This document shows positions 1 to 8,391 of a stretch of 64,000 nucleotides of DNA, piece after piece. Source of the DNA: Candidatus Dormiibacterota bacterium. GTDB lineage: Bacteria > Chloroflexota > Dormibacteria > Aeolococcales > Aeolococcaceae. A program made the translations under genes and the position numbers. The stretch covers positions 15,687-79,686 of the forward strand of contig DAISRJ010000004.1 in assembly GCA_036828955.1 (NCBI GenBank). Reading direction: 5' to 3'. The notes beneath the pieces are model-generated. The model was given only the letters and a program-made list of their open reading frames with translations. It ran no database searches and was not told the DNA's origin. Within the stretch, counting starts at the first letter, position 1, and each line of letters starts with the position of its first letter.

Positions 1-684
1 GTTGCGCAGATGCGGGCCCTGCTCAGCGACTGTGGGGTGCCCGGGGCGGTCACCGCGGAGCTGAGCGAAGCGTCGATGGGCCTGCGCGAGTTCGTCAGCC
101 AGGCAGAGCCTGACGTTCTTCTCGAGCACGGTCGCCGCGTCGACCTGCGCGGCTGGGACGTCGTGCCGCTGCACACCCCCGGCCATTCGCCGGGTCACGT
201 CTGCTTCCTCGATCGCCGCGGCCGCCTGTTGCTGAGCGGCGACCACGTGCTGCCGCGCATCAGTCCCAACATCTCCGTGCACACTCAGCAGCCCGCCAAC
301 CCACTGGCCGATTACCTCGCGTCGCTGCGCGCCGTTCGCGACCTCGACGTCGAGGAGGTCCTCCCCGCTCACGAGTGGCGTTTCACCGCGCTGGCGGCGC
401 GTGTCGATGAGCTGCTCGCCCACCACCACGACCGCCTTGCGGTCGTGGAGCGCACCGTGCGCGAGCAGCCCGGCGTCACCTGCTGGGAGGTCGCGCGCGG
501 TCTGCGCTGGTCGCGCGACTGGGACCAGATCCACGGGTACATGCGCCGTGCCGCGGTTGGTGAGACGCTCGCCCACCTCGTTCTCCTCGAGAGCAGCGGC
601 CGCGTGCGCCGCTCGCAACGTCCCTGGCAGTGGACGGCGCCGACCCGCTCAGCGCAGCCGGGTGGGCCCGCCGACGCCCGATAG
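1..684 (+). CDS. MBL-fold metallo-hydrolase, C-terminal part (5' end outside window)
   Basis: Frame is open from base 1 (ORF track 10..684). It carries the HTPGHSPGH and SGDHVLP motifs of the metallo-beta-lactamase fold, followed by a winged-helix-like tail. TAG stop at 682-684. Confidence 0.7.
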   Translation, partial: VAQMRALLSDCGVPGAVTAELSEASMGLREFVSQAEPDVLLEHGRRVDLRGWDVVPLHTPGHSPGHVCFLDRRGRLLLSGDHVLPRISPNISVHTQQPANPLADYLASLRAVRDLDVEEVLPAHEWRFTALAARVDELLAHHHDRLAVVERTVREQPGVTCWEVARGLRWSRDWDQIHGYMRRAAVGETLAHLVLLESSGRVRRSQRPWQWTAPTRSAQPGGPADAR

Positions 685-687
685 ACT
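682..687 (+). promoter_or_regulatory. -10-like hexamer TAGACT, 6 nt upstream of GTG 694 (leaderless geometry)
   Basis: T-A-N-N-N-T at a fixed 6-nt distance from the start codon, with no Shine-Dalgarno in between. The same geometry recurs at six other genes in the window. Confidence 0.35.
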
Positions 688-693
688 GCGCCG

Positions 694-3327
694 GTGACCG
701 ACGCCACCCGCGCCACCGCCGAGGGCACCAGGCTCGCGCAGGCGGATGCCGGGACGGCGCACTGGCGGCGCTGGGGCCCGTACCTGAGCGAGCGCGGCTG
801 GGGAACGGTGCGTGAGGACTACAGCGCCGACGGCGACGCCTGGGACAGCTTTCCTCACGACCAGGCGCGCTCGCGGACGTATCGCTGGAACGAGGACGGC
901 ATGGCCGGCATCTGCGACATCGAGCAGCGCCTCTGCCTGGCGCTCGCCTTCTGGAACGGTGTGGACCCCATCCTCAAGGAACGGGCCTTCGGCCTCACCA
1001 ACACGCAGGGGAACCACGGCGAGGACGTCAAGGAGTACTGGTGGTACCTGGACTCGACGCCGACGCACTCCTGGATGCGCTGGCGCTACCACTACCCGCA
1101 GGCCGCCTTTCCGTACGAGCGTCTCATCGACGAGAACGCCCGCCGCGACCGCAACGAGCCGGAGTTCGAACTTCTCGACACCGGTGTCTTCGACGGCGAC
1201 AGGTACTGGCAGATCACCGTCGACCATGCCAAGGCGACCCCCGAGGACATGCTGATGCGCATTCACGTGCGCAACGCCGGCCCCGAGGCCGCGACGCTGC
1301 ACGTGCTCCCCACGCTGTGGTTCCGCAACACCTGGTCATGGAAGCCGGGCACGCCACGCCCGCAGCTCCACGCTGACGGCAGCGCCATCGTCGCTGACCA
1401 CCACAGCCTGGGAAGGCACACGCTGTGCGGCGACGGTGCGCCGGAGGCCCTCTTCTGCGACAACGAGAGCAACACGCGGCGCCTCTGGGACGAGCCGGGA
1501 CCCGAGTACCCCAAGGACGGCATCAATGATCACGTGGTCGGTGGAGCGGCCACGGTCAACCCGGCGCAGACCGGCACCAAGGCCGCCCTTCATTACATCC
1601 TGAGCGTGGCCCCCGGGGACACGGCAACAGTGACGGTGCGCCTCTCCGACACGGCCGCCAGCCCCGCGGACGTCGAGCCGATCATCGAGGCGCGACATCG
1701 CGAGGCCGACGAGTTCTACGCAGCGCTGACCCCCTCAGACGCCGGCGCCGACGAGGCGGCGGTGATGCGCCAGGCGTTCGCGGGGATGCTGTGGAGCAAG
1801 CAGTTCTATCACCTCGACATCTCGCGCTGGCTCGAAGGCGATCCTGCCGGGCCGCCACCTCCACCTGGCCGCGGCGCCGTGCGCAACGGCGGCTGGCGCC
1901 ACTTCGACGCCGTCGACGTCCTCTCCATGCCCGACACCTGGGAGTACCCGTGGTTCGCGTCCTGGGATCTCGCATTCCACTGTGTGCCCCTGGCCCATGT
2001 CGACGCCGAGTTCGCCAAGCGACAGCTGATCCTCCTGTGTCGCGAGTGGTACATGCACCCCAACGGTCAGCTACCCGCCTACGAGTGGTCCTTCGACGAC
2101 GCCAACCCGCCTGTGCACGCCTGGGCGGCACTGCGCGTGTTCGAAATCGACGGTGCCCACGACATCGAGTTCCTGGAGCGCGTCTTCCACAAGCTGATGA
2201 TCAATTTCACGTGGTGGGTGAACCGCAAGGACGCGGTCGGCAACAACGTGTTCCAGGGCGGCTTCCTCGGGCTCGATAACATCGGCCCGTTCAACCGCTC
2301 GATGCTCCCGGAGAGCGCCGGTCGCCTCGAGCAGTCCGACGGCACCGCGTGGATGGCCATGTACTGCCTCAATCTCCTCGAGATGGCTCTGATCCTGGCC
2401 CGCCACGACGTCACCTACGAAGACGTCGCCACCAAGTTCTTCGAGCATTTCGCCTACGTCGCCTCGGCGATGGATGCACAGGGGCTCTGGGACGACGTCG
2501 ACGGCTGGTACTACGACGTGCTCAACACCGCCGACGGCACGCGCATCCCGGTGCGCGCCCACTCCGTCGTCGGGCTGATCGCGCTCTGCGCTGTGACGGT
2601 CATGGAACCGAGCGTGAAGACCGACCTCCCCGCCTTCGTGCGCCGCATGGAGTGGTTTCTCGGCAACCGGCCCGAGTTCGCCCGCGTGATCGACCACGCC
2701 ATGGAGGATGGGAGCGGCCGCCGCCGCCTGCTCAGCCCCGTCGACCCGGACCGGCTCCGCCGCATCCTGGCGCGCGTCCTCGATGAGGCGGAATTCCTCT
2801 CCGACCACGGCCTCAGGGCACTGTCCCGCTATCACCTCGATCACCCGCTGGCGATCGAGGTCGGCGGCACGGTGGCGGTGCTCGACTACGAGCCCGGCGA
2901 GTCGACCTCCAGCCTGTTCGGAGGCAACTCCAACTGGCGAGGGCCCGTCTGGTTCCCCATCAACCTCCTGGTGATCGAGGCGCTTCGCCGCTACCGCCTC
3001 TTCCTCGGTGACACGTACACCGTCGAGTACCCCACCGGTTCGGGGCAGATGCGCCATCTCGGGGAGGTGGCCGTCGACCTCTCGGGCAGGCTGGTGTCGC
3101 TGTTCACCGCGGACGCCCAGGGCAGGCGGGCGGTGTTCGGCTCCAACCCCACGCTCCAGACCGACCCGGCCTGGCACGACCAGGTGCCCTTCCACGAGTA
3201 CTTCCACGGCGACACCGGCGCCGGCCTCGGCGCGTCGCACCAGACCGGCTGGACGGGCGTGGTCGCGGACCTCATCGCCGCTCGCCGGGCGCCCACACCT
3301 CTGCCGATCGAGTCGCCACCGCACTGA
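694..3327 (+). CDS. GH63-like (MGH1/YgjK-type) glucosidase
   Basis: 877-aa ORF with strong GC3 bias. Segments [23 protein letters not shown] and GFLGLDNIG are recalled from (alpha/alpha)6-barrel GH63-like glucosidases. Family call is from memory of motifs, not a search. Confidence 0.7.
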   Translation: MTDATRATAEGTRLAQADAGTAHWRRWGPYLSERGWGTVREDYSADGDAWDSFPHDQARSRTYRWNEDGMAGICDIEQRLCLALAFWNGVDPILKERAFGLTNTQGNHGEDVKEYWWYLDSTPTHSWMRWRYHYPQAAFPYERLIDENARRDRNEPEFELLDTGVFDGDRYWQITVDHAKATPEDMLMRIHVRNAGPEAATLHVLPTLWFRNTWSWKPGTPRPQLHADGSAIVADHHSLGRHTLCGDGAPEALFCDNESNTRRLWDEPGPEYPKDGINDHVVGGAATVNPAQTGTKAALHYILSVAPGDTATVTVRLSDTAASPADVEPIIEARHREADEFYAALTPSDAGADEAAVMRQAFAGMLWSKQFYHLDISRWLEGDPAGPPPPPGRGAVRNGGWRHFDAVDVLSMPDTWEYPWFASWDLAFHCVPLAHVDAEFAKRQLILLCREWYMHPNGQLPAYEWSFDDANPPVHAWAALRVFEIDGAHDIEFLERVFHKLMINFTWWVNRKDAVGNNVFQGGFLGLDNIGPFNRSMLPESAGRLEQSDGTAWMAMYCLNLLEMALILARHDVTYEDVATKFFEHFAYVASAMDAQGLWDDVDGWYYDVLNTADGTRIPVRAHSVVGLIALCAVTVMEPSVKTDLPAFVRRMEWFLGNRPEFARVIDHAMEDGSGRRRLLSPVDPDRLRRILARVLDEAEFLSDHGLRALSRYHLDHPLAIEVGGTVAVLDYEPGESTSSLFGGNSNWRGPVWFPINLLVIEALRRYRLFLGDTYTVEYPTGSGQMRHLGEVAVDLSGRLVSLFTADAQGRRAVFGSNPTLQTDPAWHDQVPFHEYFHGDTGAGLGASHQTGWTGVVADLIAARRAPTPLPIESPPH

Positions 3328-3460
3328 GCAACGCGGCGCTCAGGCGGCCCATCCGGAGGTCTGAATGATGCGGCCGCCGTCATTGAAGCGAGTCTTGACG
3401 GAATTCCCAGGCACGGGCAGTATGCAGAGCGGGAGGGGCCCACCGGGAGGTCGTTTCACC

Positions 3461-4126
3461 GTGTTCAGCCGCCGGAACAGAGCAACCAGCCACGACGCGA
3501 CACCTTCGGGCAACGAGTTGTGCTCAGGTTGCGCGCGCCACGATGCCCTGCGCTGCAGCTACGTCGACGGGCGACAGCAGCAGTGCCCGACAGCTTGGTG
3601 CCCCGAACACTCCGTGATGGTGCGCGGTGTCGTCCACTGTCGCCGTCACGCCTCCACGATGGAGGCCATCGAGGGCGTGGAATCGGTGGCCGGCCTGCCA
3701 GACCTCGGCAATCGCGCTCCATCCCTGGTCGGCTGGATGGGCCGGCAGCTCGAACCGGCGATCGTGGAACTGCTCGGACGCGTGGCCAGGGCCAGCGGCG
3801 CGACGCTGGTCACCGAGCCGGTCTCCCTGGCCCGCGACCACGACGGTGCCACCCGTCGCTGGGCCAAGACCTGGAAGGTGGTCGACCGCACCGGTGTTTT
3901 CAGCCGTGTGTCCATCGAGGTCGATGAGGATGACGATCGCCAGGTTGGGGCGTGGGTCGATGGCGGCATGGTGGGCAGCGGCACGCCGCCCTGGATCGAG
4001 CACCGTCTCGCCGGCGAGGCGGTCGACGCGTCGACCGACCGTGCCGAGCGCCACGATTTCGCCGTCGCCATGGTGCGTTCCATCGAACTGGTCGTGACCG
4101 GCCGTGAGGTGACGCCCGGGCATTGA
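3461..4126 (+). CDS. hypothetical protein with Cys/His-rich N-terminus (putative metal-binding)
   Basis: GTG 3461 is preceded by GGGAGG about 10 nt upstream, in the frame of ORF 3365..4126. The pattern is CSGC..C..C-x4-C-x2-H..HC-x2-H. Its stop overlaps the next gene's start (TTGA at 4123-4126). No family recognised. Confidence 0.5.
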   Translation: MFSRRNRATSHDATPSGNELCSGCARHDALRCSYVDGRQQQCPTAWCPEHSVMVRGVVHCRRHASTMEAIEGVESVAGLPDLGNRAPSLVGWMGRQLEPAIVELLGRVARASGATLVTEPVSLARDHDGATRRWAKTWKVVDRTGVFSRVSIEVDEDDDRQVGAWVDGGMVGSGTPPWIEHRLAGEAVDASTDRAERHDFAVAMVRSIELVVTGREVTPGH

Positions 4127-4665
4127 GCGCGCTGGCAATCGGGTGGAGCGAGGGGCTCGCCGAGCGCGAGCAACGCGTGGAGGTGGTTCGCGACGCGTGG
4201 ATCTCGGCGTACGCACACATTTTCACGCGGGCGGAGATCAACGGGATCTTCGACGGCGGCCTCACGGGGGAGGGCAGCTGGGTGCCCACCCGGCTGGCAC
4301 CCGCGGGCACGCTGGCGGCGAGGCGGGGAGGGCGGATCGTCGGGGTGGCGGACCTTGGCCTGCTGCGCAATGGCGACGGCGAGCTTGCGGCACTCTACGT
4401 CCGGCCCGAGCACCAGGGACAGGGCGTCGGCAGCCTGCTCTGGGAGCGATCGGTCGCCGAGCTGAGAGTGCGAGGTTGCCAGCGCATGGAGGTGTGGACG
4501 CTGGCGCGGGCGGAGGCCAGGCATTTCTACGAAGCCCGTGGCGCGGTGGCCGTTGGAGACGGCGCCTTCGTGGTGGCGGGTCATCGCGAGCCCGCCGTCG
4601 GCTACGTCCTCGATGTCTCCGCGGCGCGCGGGGCGGGCCGGGGCCCGTCGACACCGGCGCGGTAG
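4123..4665 (+). CDS. GNAT family N-acetyltransferase
   Basis: LYVRPEHQGQGVGSLLWERSV matches the acetyl-CoA binding motif A (Q/RxxGxG/A) of GNATs. 180 aa, TTG start overlapping the upstream stop. Confidence 0.75.
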   Translation: MSALAIGWSEGLAEREQRVEVVRDAWISAYAHIFTRAEINGIFDGGLTGEGSWVPTRLAPAGTLAARRGGRIVGVADLGLLRNGDGELAALYVRPEHQGQGVGSLLWERSVAELRVRGCQRMEVWTLARAEARHFYEARGAVAVGDGAFVVAGHREPAVGYVLDVSAARGAGRGPSTPAR

Positions 4666-5321
4666 CCGACCCGCTGGACCTCCATCGGCGCCAGCGGGTC
4701 AGCGGGCGTGTAGCCGTCGTAGAGGACGCCGGGGATGTTCTGCCAGAGGATCCGTCGCGCCACGCCGGCGAGCTCGAAGGAGTGGCGCACGTGGTCGAGA
4801 CGGAGCAGCACCACCGCGGTGATGGCGGCGACGAGCGGGACCAGGGCAACCTTGAGCCCTGCTGCCGTGTACGCCCCGCTTGCCGCGATGGCCACGCTCT
4901 CCAGCAAGAGGATCATGCGCCGGCTGCCGGTGCGGAGACGGCCCAGGCGCAGCACCAGGGCGCTCTCGAACACGGCGGCGGCGACGGCCCACGGGGCGAG
5001 GGCGTTCCACGTCGCGGCGCCCGGGAGGGACAGATGGCCTGCGCCGGGAATGCTGAAGCCGGCAGGTAGCGCCTGGGTGGTTGCGAGGATCACCAGCCCG
5101 ACGCCGAACCCGATCCGGAAGAGAAGGAAGGCCTCAGCCACCCGCACCGCCGCGGGGGCCACGAACCGCCGGCGGGGAGCGGCGGGCGTCCCGAGCCGTC
5201 GAGCGATTGGTGGTTTTGACCTGTTCACGTCACCTGCAGAGTAGTCCCATCGACGGGGGCGAGAGTGGCGATTCTGTGACGGACGCCACACGGCCCAGGC
5301 GGGCGACTCGCCGGCCGTCAC
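4602..5321 (-). CDS. hypothetical membrane protein (about 4 hydrophobic segments)
   Basis: ORF track 4602..5321 contains hydrophobic stretches (FLLFRIGFGVGLVILA, ILLLESVAIAASGAY, ALVPLVAAITAVVLL). The start is uncertain. The 3' end overlaps the convergent GNAT gene by 64 nt. Confidence 0.4.
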   Translation of the reverse strand: MTAGESPAWAVWRPSQNRHSRPRRWDYSAGDVNRSKPPIARRLGTPAAPRRRFVAPAAVRVAEAFLLFRIGFGVGLVILATTQALPAGFSIPGAGHLSLPGAATWNALAPWAVAAAVFESALVLRLGRLRTGSRRMILLLESVAIAASGAYTAAGLKVALVPLVAAITAVVLLRLDHVRHSFELAGVARRILWQNIPGVLYDGYTPADPLAPMEVQRVGYRAGVDGPRPAPRAAETSRT

Positions 5322-5394
5322 CGTTTCGCCACACCCGGGGTCAGCGGGCGCCGCGGGTGGGGCCCATCACGGGGCTGGTACGTTCTCCGTTGCC

Positions 5395-6111
5395 ATGGAC
5401 GACCCGATGCGCGCTGTCAACAGCGCCGGCTTCGCCGCCCCCGCCGGCCTCACCGCCCTCCCGGTGGTGCTGGCGCCTGTCGCCGGCAAGCTCCACGTCC
5501 TGCTGGTGCGTCGAGAGGAGGAGCCCCGCGCCGGGATGTGGTCCCTGCCGGGCGGCTTCATGAGTGGGGACGAGCGCCCCGAGGAGACCGCCCAGCGAAA
5601 GCTGACCGAGAAGACCGGGGTCGGCGCCGTGTACATGGAACAGCTGCAGACCTACGGCGACCCGAAGCGCGACCCCCGTGGCTGGATCCCCTCCGTCGCC
5701 TACCTCGGCCTCATCGATGCGGCGGTGCTGAGCGAGCGCGGTTCGGCTGCGCGCTGGTTCCCGGTCGATGCGCTCCCTCCGCTGGCCTTCGACCACGCCG
5801 CCGTCATCGCCGACGGCGTCGAGCGGTTGCGCGGCAAGGTGTGGTGGTCGAACATCGCGGTCGGCCTGCTCCCCGAACAGTTCACGATGCCGCAGGCCCG
5901 GCGCGTGTTCGAGGCGATCAGCGGGGTCACCTACGAACCGTCCAACTTCCGTCGCGGCCTCGAGCAGTCGGGCCTCGTGCGGGCCACTGGGCGGGTGGTC
6001 AAGAACGGGCCGGGGCGGCCGGCCGCGCTCTACGAGTTCGTGGACCGTCAGCCGGCGTGGAGCACGCGCCGCTCGCGCGCCCCGGCCACCGTGCGCGCCG
6101 CCCTGACCTGA
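5395..6111 (+). CDS. NrtR-like regulator (Nudix domain fused to C-terminal winged helix)
   Basis: The Nudix box is present but degenerate (GGFMSGDERPEETAQRKLTEKTGV). The C-terminal part (LLPEQFTMPQARRVFEAISG...SNFRRGLEQSGLV...GRPAALYEF) resembles the NrtR winged-helix domain. Confidence 0.65.
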   Translation: MDDPMRAVNSAGFAAPAGLTALPVVLAPVAGKLHVLLVRREEEPRAGMWSLPGGFMSGDERPEETAQRKLTEKTGVGAVYMEQLQTYGDPKRDPRGWIPSVAYLGLIDAAVLSERGSAARWFPVDALPPLAFDHAAVIADGVERLRGKVWWSNIAVGLLPEQFTMPQARRVFEAISGVTYEPSNFRRGLEQSGLVRATGRVVKNGPGRPAALYEFVDRQPAWSTRRSRAPATVRAALT

Positions 6112-6126
6112 TGACCCGGCGCCTCC

Positions 6127-7155
6127 TCATCCCTTGGGTCGCTCGACCAGCGTGGCGGGCAGCGTCAGCGTCTGGGCTCCTCGGTGCACCGTCAGGGTGA
6201 TGGTGTCGCCCACGTTGTGGGGCTGGAGCAGGCCTCCCAGGGTGAGGCCGTTGTCGATGGCGGTGCCGTCGATGGCCACGAGGATGTCGCCGGCAGCGAG
6301 CCCGGCCCTGGCCGCCGGGGTCCCGGGGCTGACCGAGCGGATGTAGACGCCGGGCCCGTCGAAGCCGGTGCCGTTCTGCACCGCGGCGATGCTGGTGAGG
6401 TAGTCGACGCCGAGGAATGCGTGCTGCACTGTGTGATGCGCGATGAGGGTCTCGGCGACGTGGCGGGCGAGGTCGGCGGGGATGCTGTAGCCGATGTTGG
6501 TGGCGTTGCCGGCGGTGGCCACGTTGACGCCGACCACTTCGCCGGATGTATCGGAGAGCGGACCGCCGCTGTTGCCGGGGTTGATGGACGCGTCGGTCTG
6601 GAGCACGTCCTCGAGCGTCTCCGAGGAGGTTGTCGTGCCACCGCCGGCGGTGATCGTCCGATGCAGGGCGCTGATCACCCCCACTGTCACCGAGCCCTGG
6701 TCGCCGAGCGGCGATCCGATGGCGATCACCGTCTGCCCGACCGCCAGGCTCGACGAGGTGCCGAATGTGGCCTCGGGGAGCGTCGTGCTGGGCACGCTCA
6801 CCACCGCGATGTCGTCGAGCGGGTCGGTGCCGACCAGCGTGGCCACGAACTGGTGGCCGTCGGGCATCACCACGTGGAGCGCGGTGGCGCTCGCGACGAC
6901 GTGGTTGTTGGTGACGAGGTAGCTGACCGCCGAATCCCTGGCCATGACGAAGCCGCTGCCCAGCGCGGTGGCGGTCGCCTCGGTGGCGATGACCGTCCCC
7001 ACGGCCGGGCCGAGCTCCCTGGCCACCTCGACTGCCGCAGCGGTGGCGGTCCCGGCCGCAGCACCGCCGACGCGGATCTCGGCCACGCCTCCGCCGCGGT
7101 CGTGGAGGGCGGTGAACACCACCAGGCCGCCCACGAGGAGGCCGACGAGAAGCAT
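6127..7155 (-). CDS. HtrA/DegP-family (S1C) serine protease with PDZ domain, membrane anchored
   Basis: Catalytic triad contexts TNNHVV, DDIAVV and GNSGGPL are present. It has a C-terminal PDZ-like region (GVYIRSVSPGTPAARAGLAAGDILVAIDG) and an N-terminal hydrophobic helix. Confidence 0.85.
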   Translation of the reverse strand: MLLVGLLVGGLVVFTALHDRGGGVAEIRVGGAAAGTATAAAVEVARELGPAVGTVIATEATATALGSGFVMARDSAVSYLVTNNHVVASATALHVVMPDGHQFVATLVGTDPLDDIAVVSVPSTTLPEATFGTSSSLAVGQTVIAIGSPLGDQGSVTVGVISALHRTITAGGGTTTSSETLEDVLQTDASINPGNSGGPLSDTSGEVVGVNVATAGNATNIGYSIPADLARHVAETLIAHHTVQHAFLGVDYLTSIAAVQNGTGFDGPGVYIRSVSPGTPAARAGLAAGDILVAIDGTAIDNGLTLGGLLQPHNVGDTITLTVHRGAQTLTLPATLVERPKG

Positions 7156-7208
7156 GGGCAGGGCGCCGCGCCAGGCGGAGGGGCGCCCTGGCGCCGGCTG
7201 AGCCGGCG

Positions 7209-8363
7209 GTGGCGCCGGAGGAGGCGGCGGGAACGATCCCTCAAGCTCGTCGATGGCACCTATTGTGGCCCGCGAATGCTGAACGCCGCCCTCTGGACCG
7301 GGAGACAGTGAGCCGTCTCACGTGTGCCCTCGGGCCGGACTCGGCAGGCACACTGCTGCACCGGTTCATCGAGTCCGCGGACAGCAGGCTGGACGTCGCC
7401 GTCTACGAGGCGGGGCCCTCCTACGGGTGGCTGTTCCCGCGCGCTGTGGAGCGGGGAGTGCGCACGCGCCTGCTCCTCGACGGCCACGGCGGCGCCAACC
7501 AGGGCTGCCTCGAGGAGCTCCGCGCCGCCCGCCAGCGCGGTGTCGTCGTCCCCTGCCGGGTCAGCCGCCACGAGGGCCTCCGCGAGGCTCACTGGAAGCT
7601 CGTCGTCGCCGACGCCGACCGCCTCGCCGTCGGCACCGGCAACCTCATCGAGCGCGATGCCCCGGCCGATCGCCGCGGGCTGCTGCCGCCGGCGGCGCCG
7701 CCGCTGGTGGGAACCCGCGAATGGTGGGCGTTCGTCGACGGCGCCCCCACCCTTGCCGCCGCGGCCCGCTCGCGGATCACCGCCGCGTGGCGGGAGGCGT
7801 CACCGCCACCGCCGGTGTGGGCGATCGAGAGCGTCGGGGAGGCGCCGCCCGTGGGGGCGCCGCATCCCAGTGTCGCGCCACTGGAGGTGGAGGTGTCACC
7901 ACGCTCGCTGCACCTGGCCACCGATGCCCGCGCCGTCCTCAGCGCCGTCGAGGCGATGCTGGCGGGCTCGCCGCGGCGTTGCCTGGTGATCGTCCCCTAC
8001 ATGCACACATGGGCCCACCAGGTGCGCCCGCTGCTCGAACGGCTCGCCGAGTTGCGCGCCGCTGGCGCCGACGTGCGGGTCTTGCTCGGGACCACGCCCG
8101 CGGGCGGCGACGTGGCCAACTTCCGTGACCGCGGTGTGCCCGCCCGGGTCATGGACCCGTCGCGCTGCACCACCGGCCACGCCAAGGGCCTGGTCACCGA
8201 GCGCAGCGCGCTGGTGATGTCGTCGAACTGGAGTGCGGGAGGCCTCGGCTCCTCGCTGGAGGCGGCCCTGCGCATCGACAACCCCGCCGCCACCGCCTAC
8301 TACGCGGACGCCTTCGAGCGCGACTGGGCGGTTGCTGACGCTGCCTGGAGCGGGCGCGGTTGA
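7209..8363 (+). CDS. phospholipase D-superfamily protein with two HKD motifs
   Basis: HWKLVVAD..GTGNL and HAKGLVTE..SSNWS are two HxK(x)4D/E motifs. No hydrophobic segment is present. The start is uncertain: an in-frame GTG near 7308 is an alternative. Confidence 0.65.
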   Translation: MAPEEAAGTIPQARRWHLLWPANAERRPLDRETVSRLTCALGPDSAGTLLHRFIESADSRLDVAVYEAGPSYGWLFPRAVERGVRTRLLLDGHGGANQGCLEELRAARQRGVVVPCRVSRHEGLREAHWKLVVADADRLAVGTGNLIERDAPADRRGLLPPAAPPLVGTREWWAFVDGAPTLAAAARSRITAAWREASPPPPVWAIESVGEAPPVGAPHPSVAPLEVEVSPRSLHLATDARAVLSAVEAMLAGSPRRCLVIVPYMHTWAHQVRPLLERLAELRAAGADVRVLLGTTPAGGDVANFRDRGVPARVMDPSRCTTGHAKGLVTERSALVMSSNWSAGGLGSSLEAALRIDNPAATAYYADAFERDWAVADAAWSGRG

Positions 8364-8379
8364 TCCGGGGGTCCGGGCG

Positions 8380-8385
8380 TATCCT
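8380..8385 (+). promoter_or_regulatory. -10-like hexamer TATCCT, 6 nt upstream of lon ATG (leaderless geometry)
   Basis: TANNNT at 8380-8385, spacer cgaccc, ATG at 8392. No Shine-Dalgarno. Confidence 0.4.
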
Positions 8386-8391
8386 CGACCC

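Noticed and set aside
3395-3423. Sigma70-like promoter TTGACG-17 nt-CAGTAT upstream of the Cys-rich orphan gene
   Set aside because: The -35 is good but the -10 is weak (3/6 matches to TATAAT). It is mentioned in a finding but not reported as a feature.
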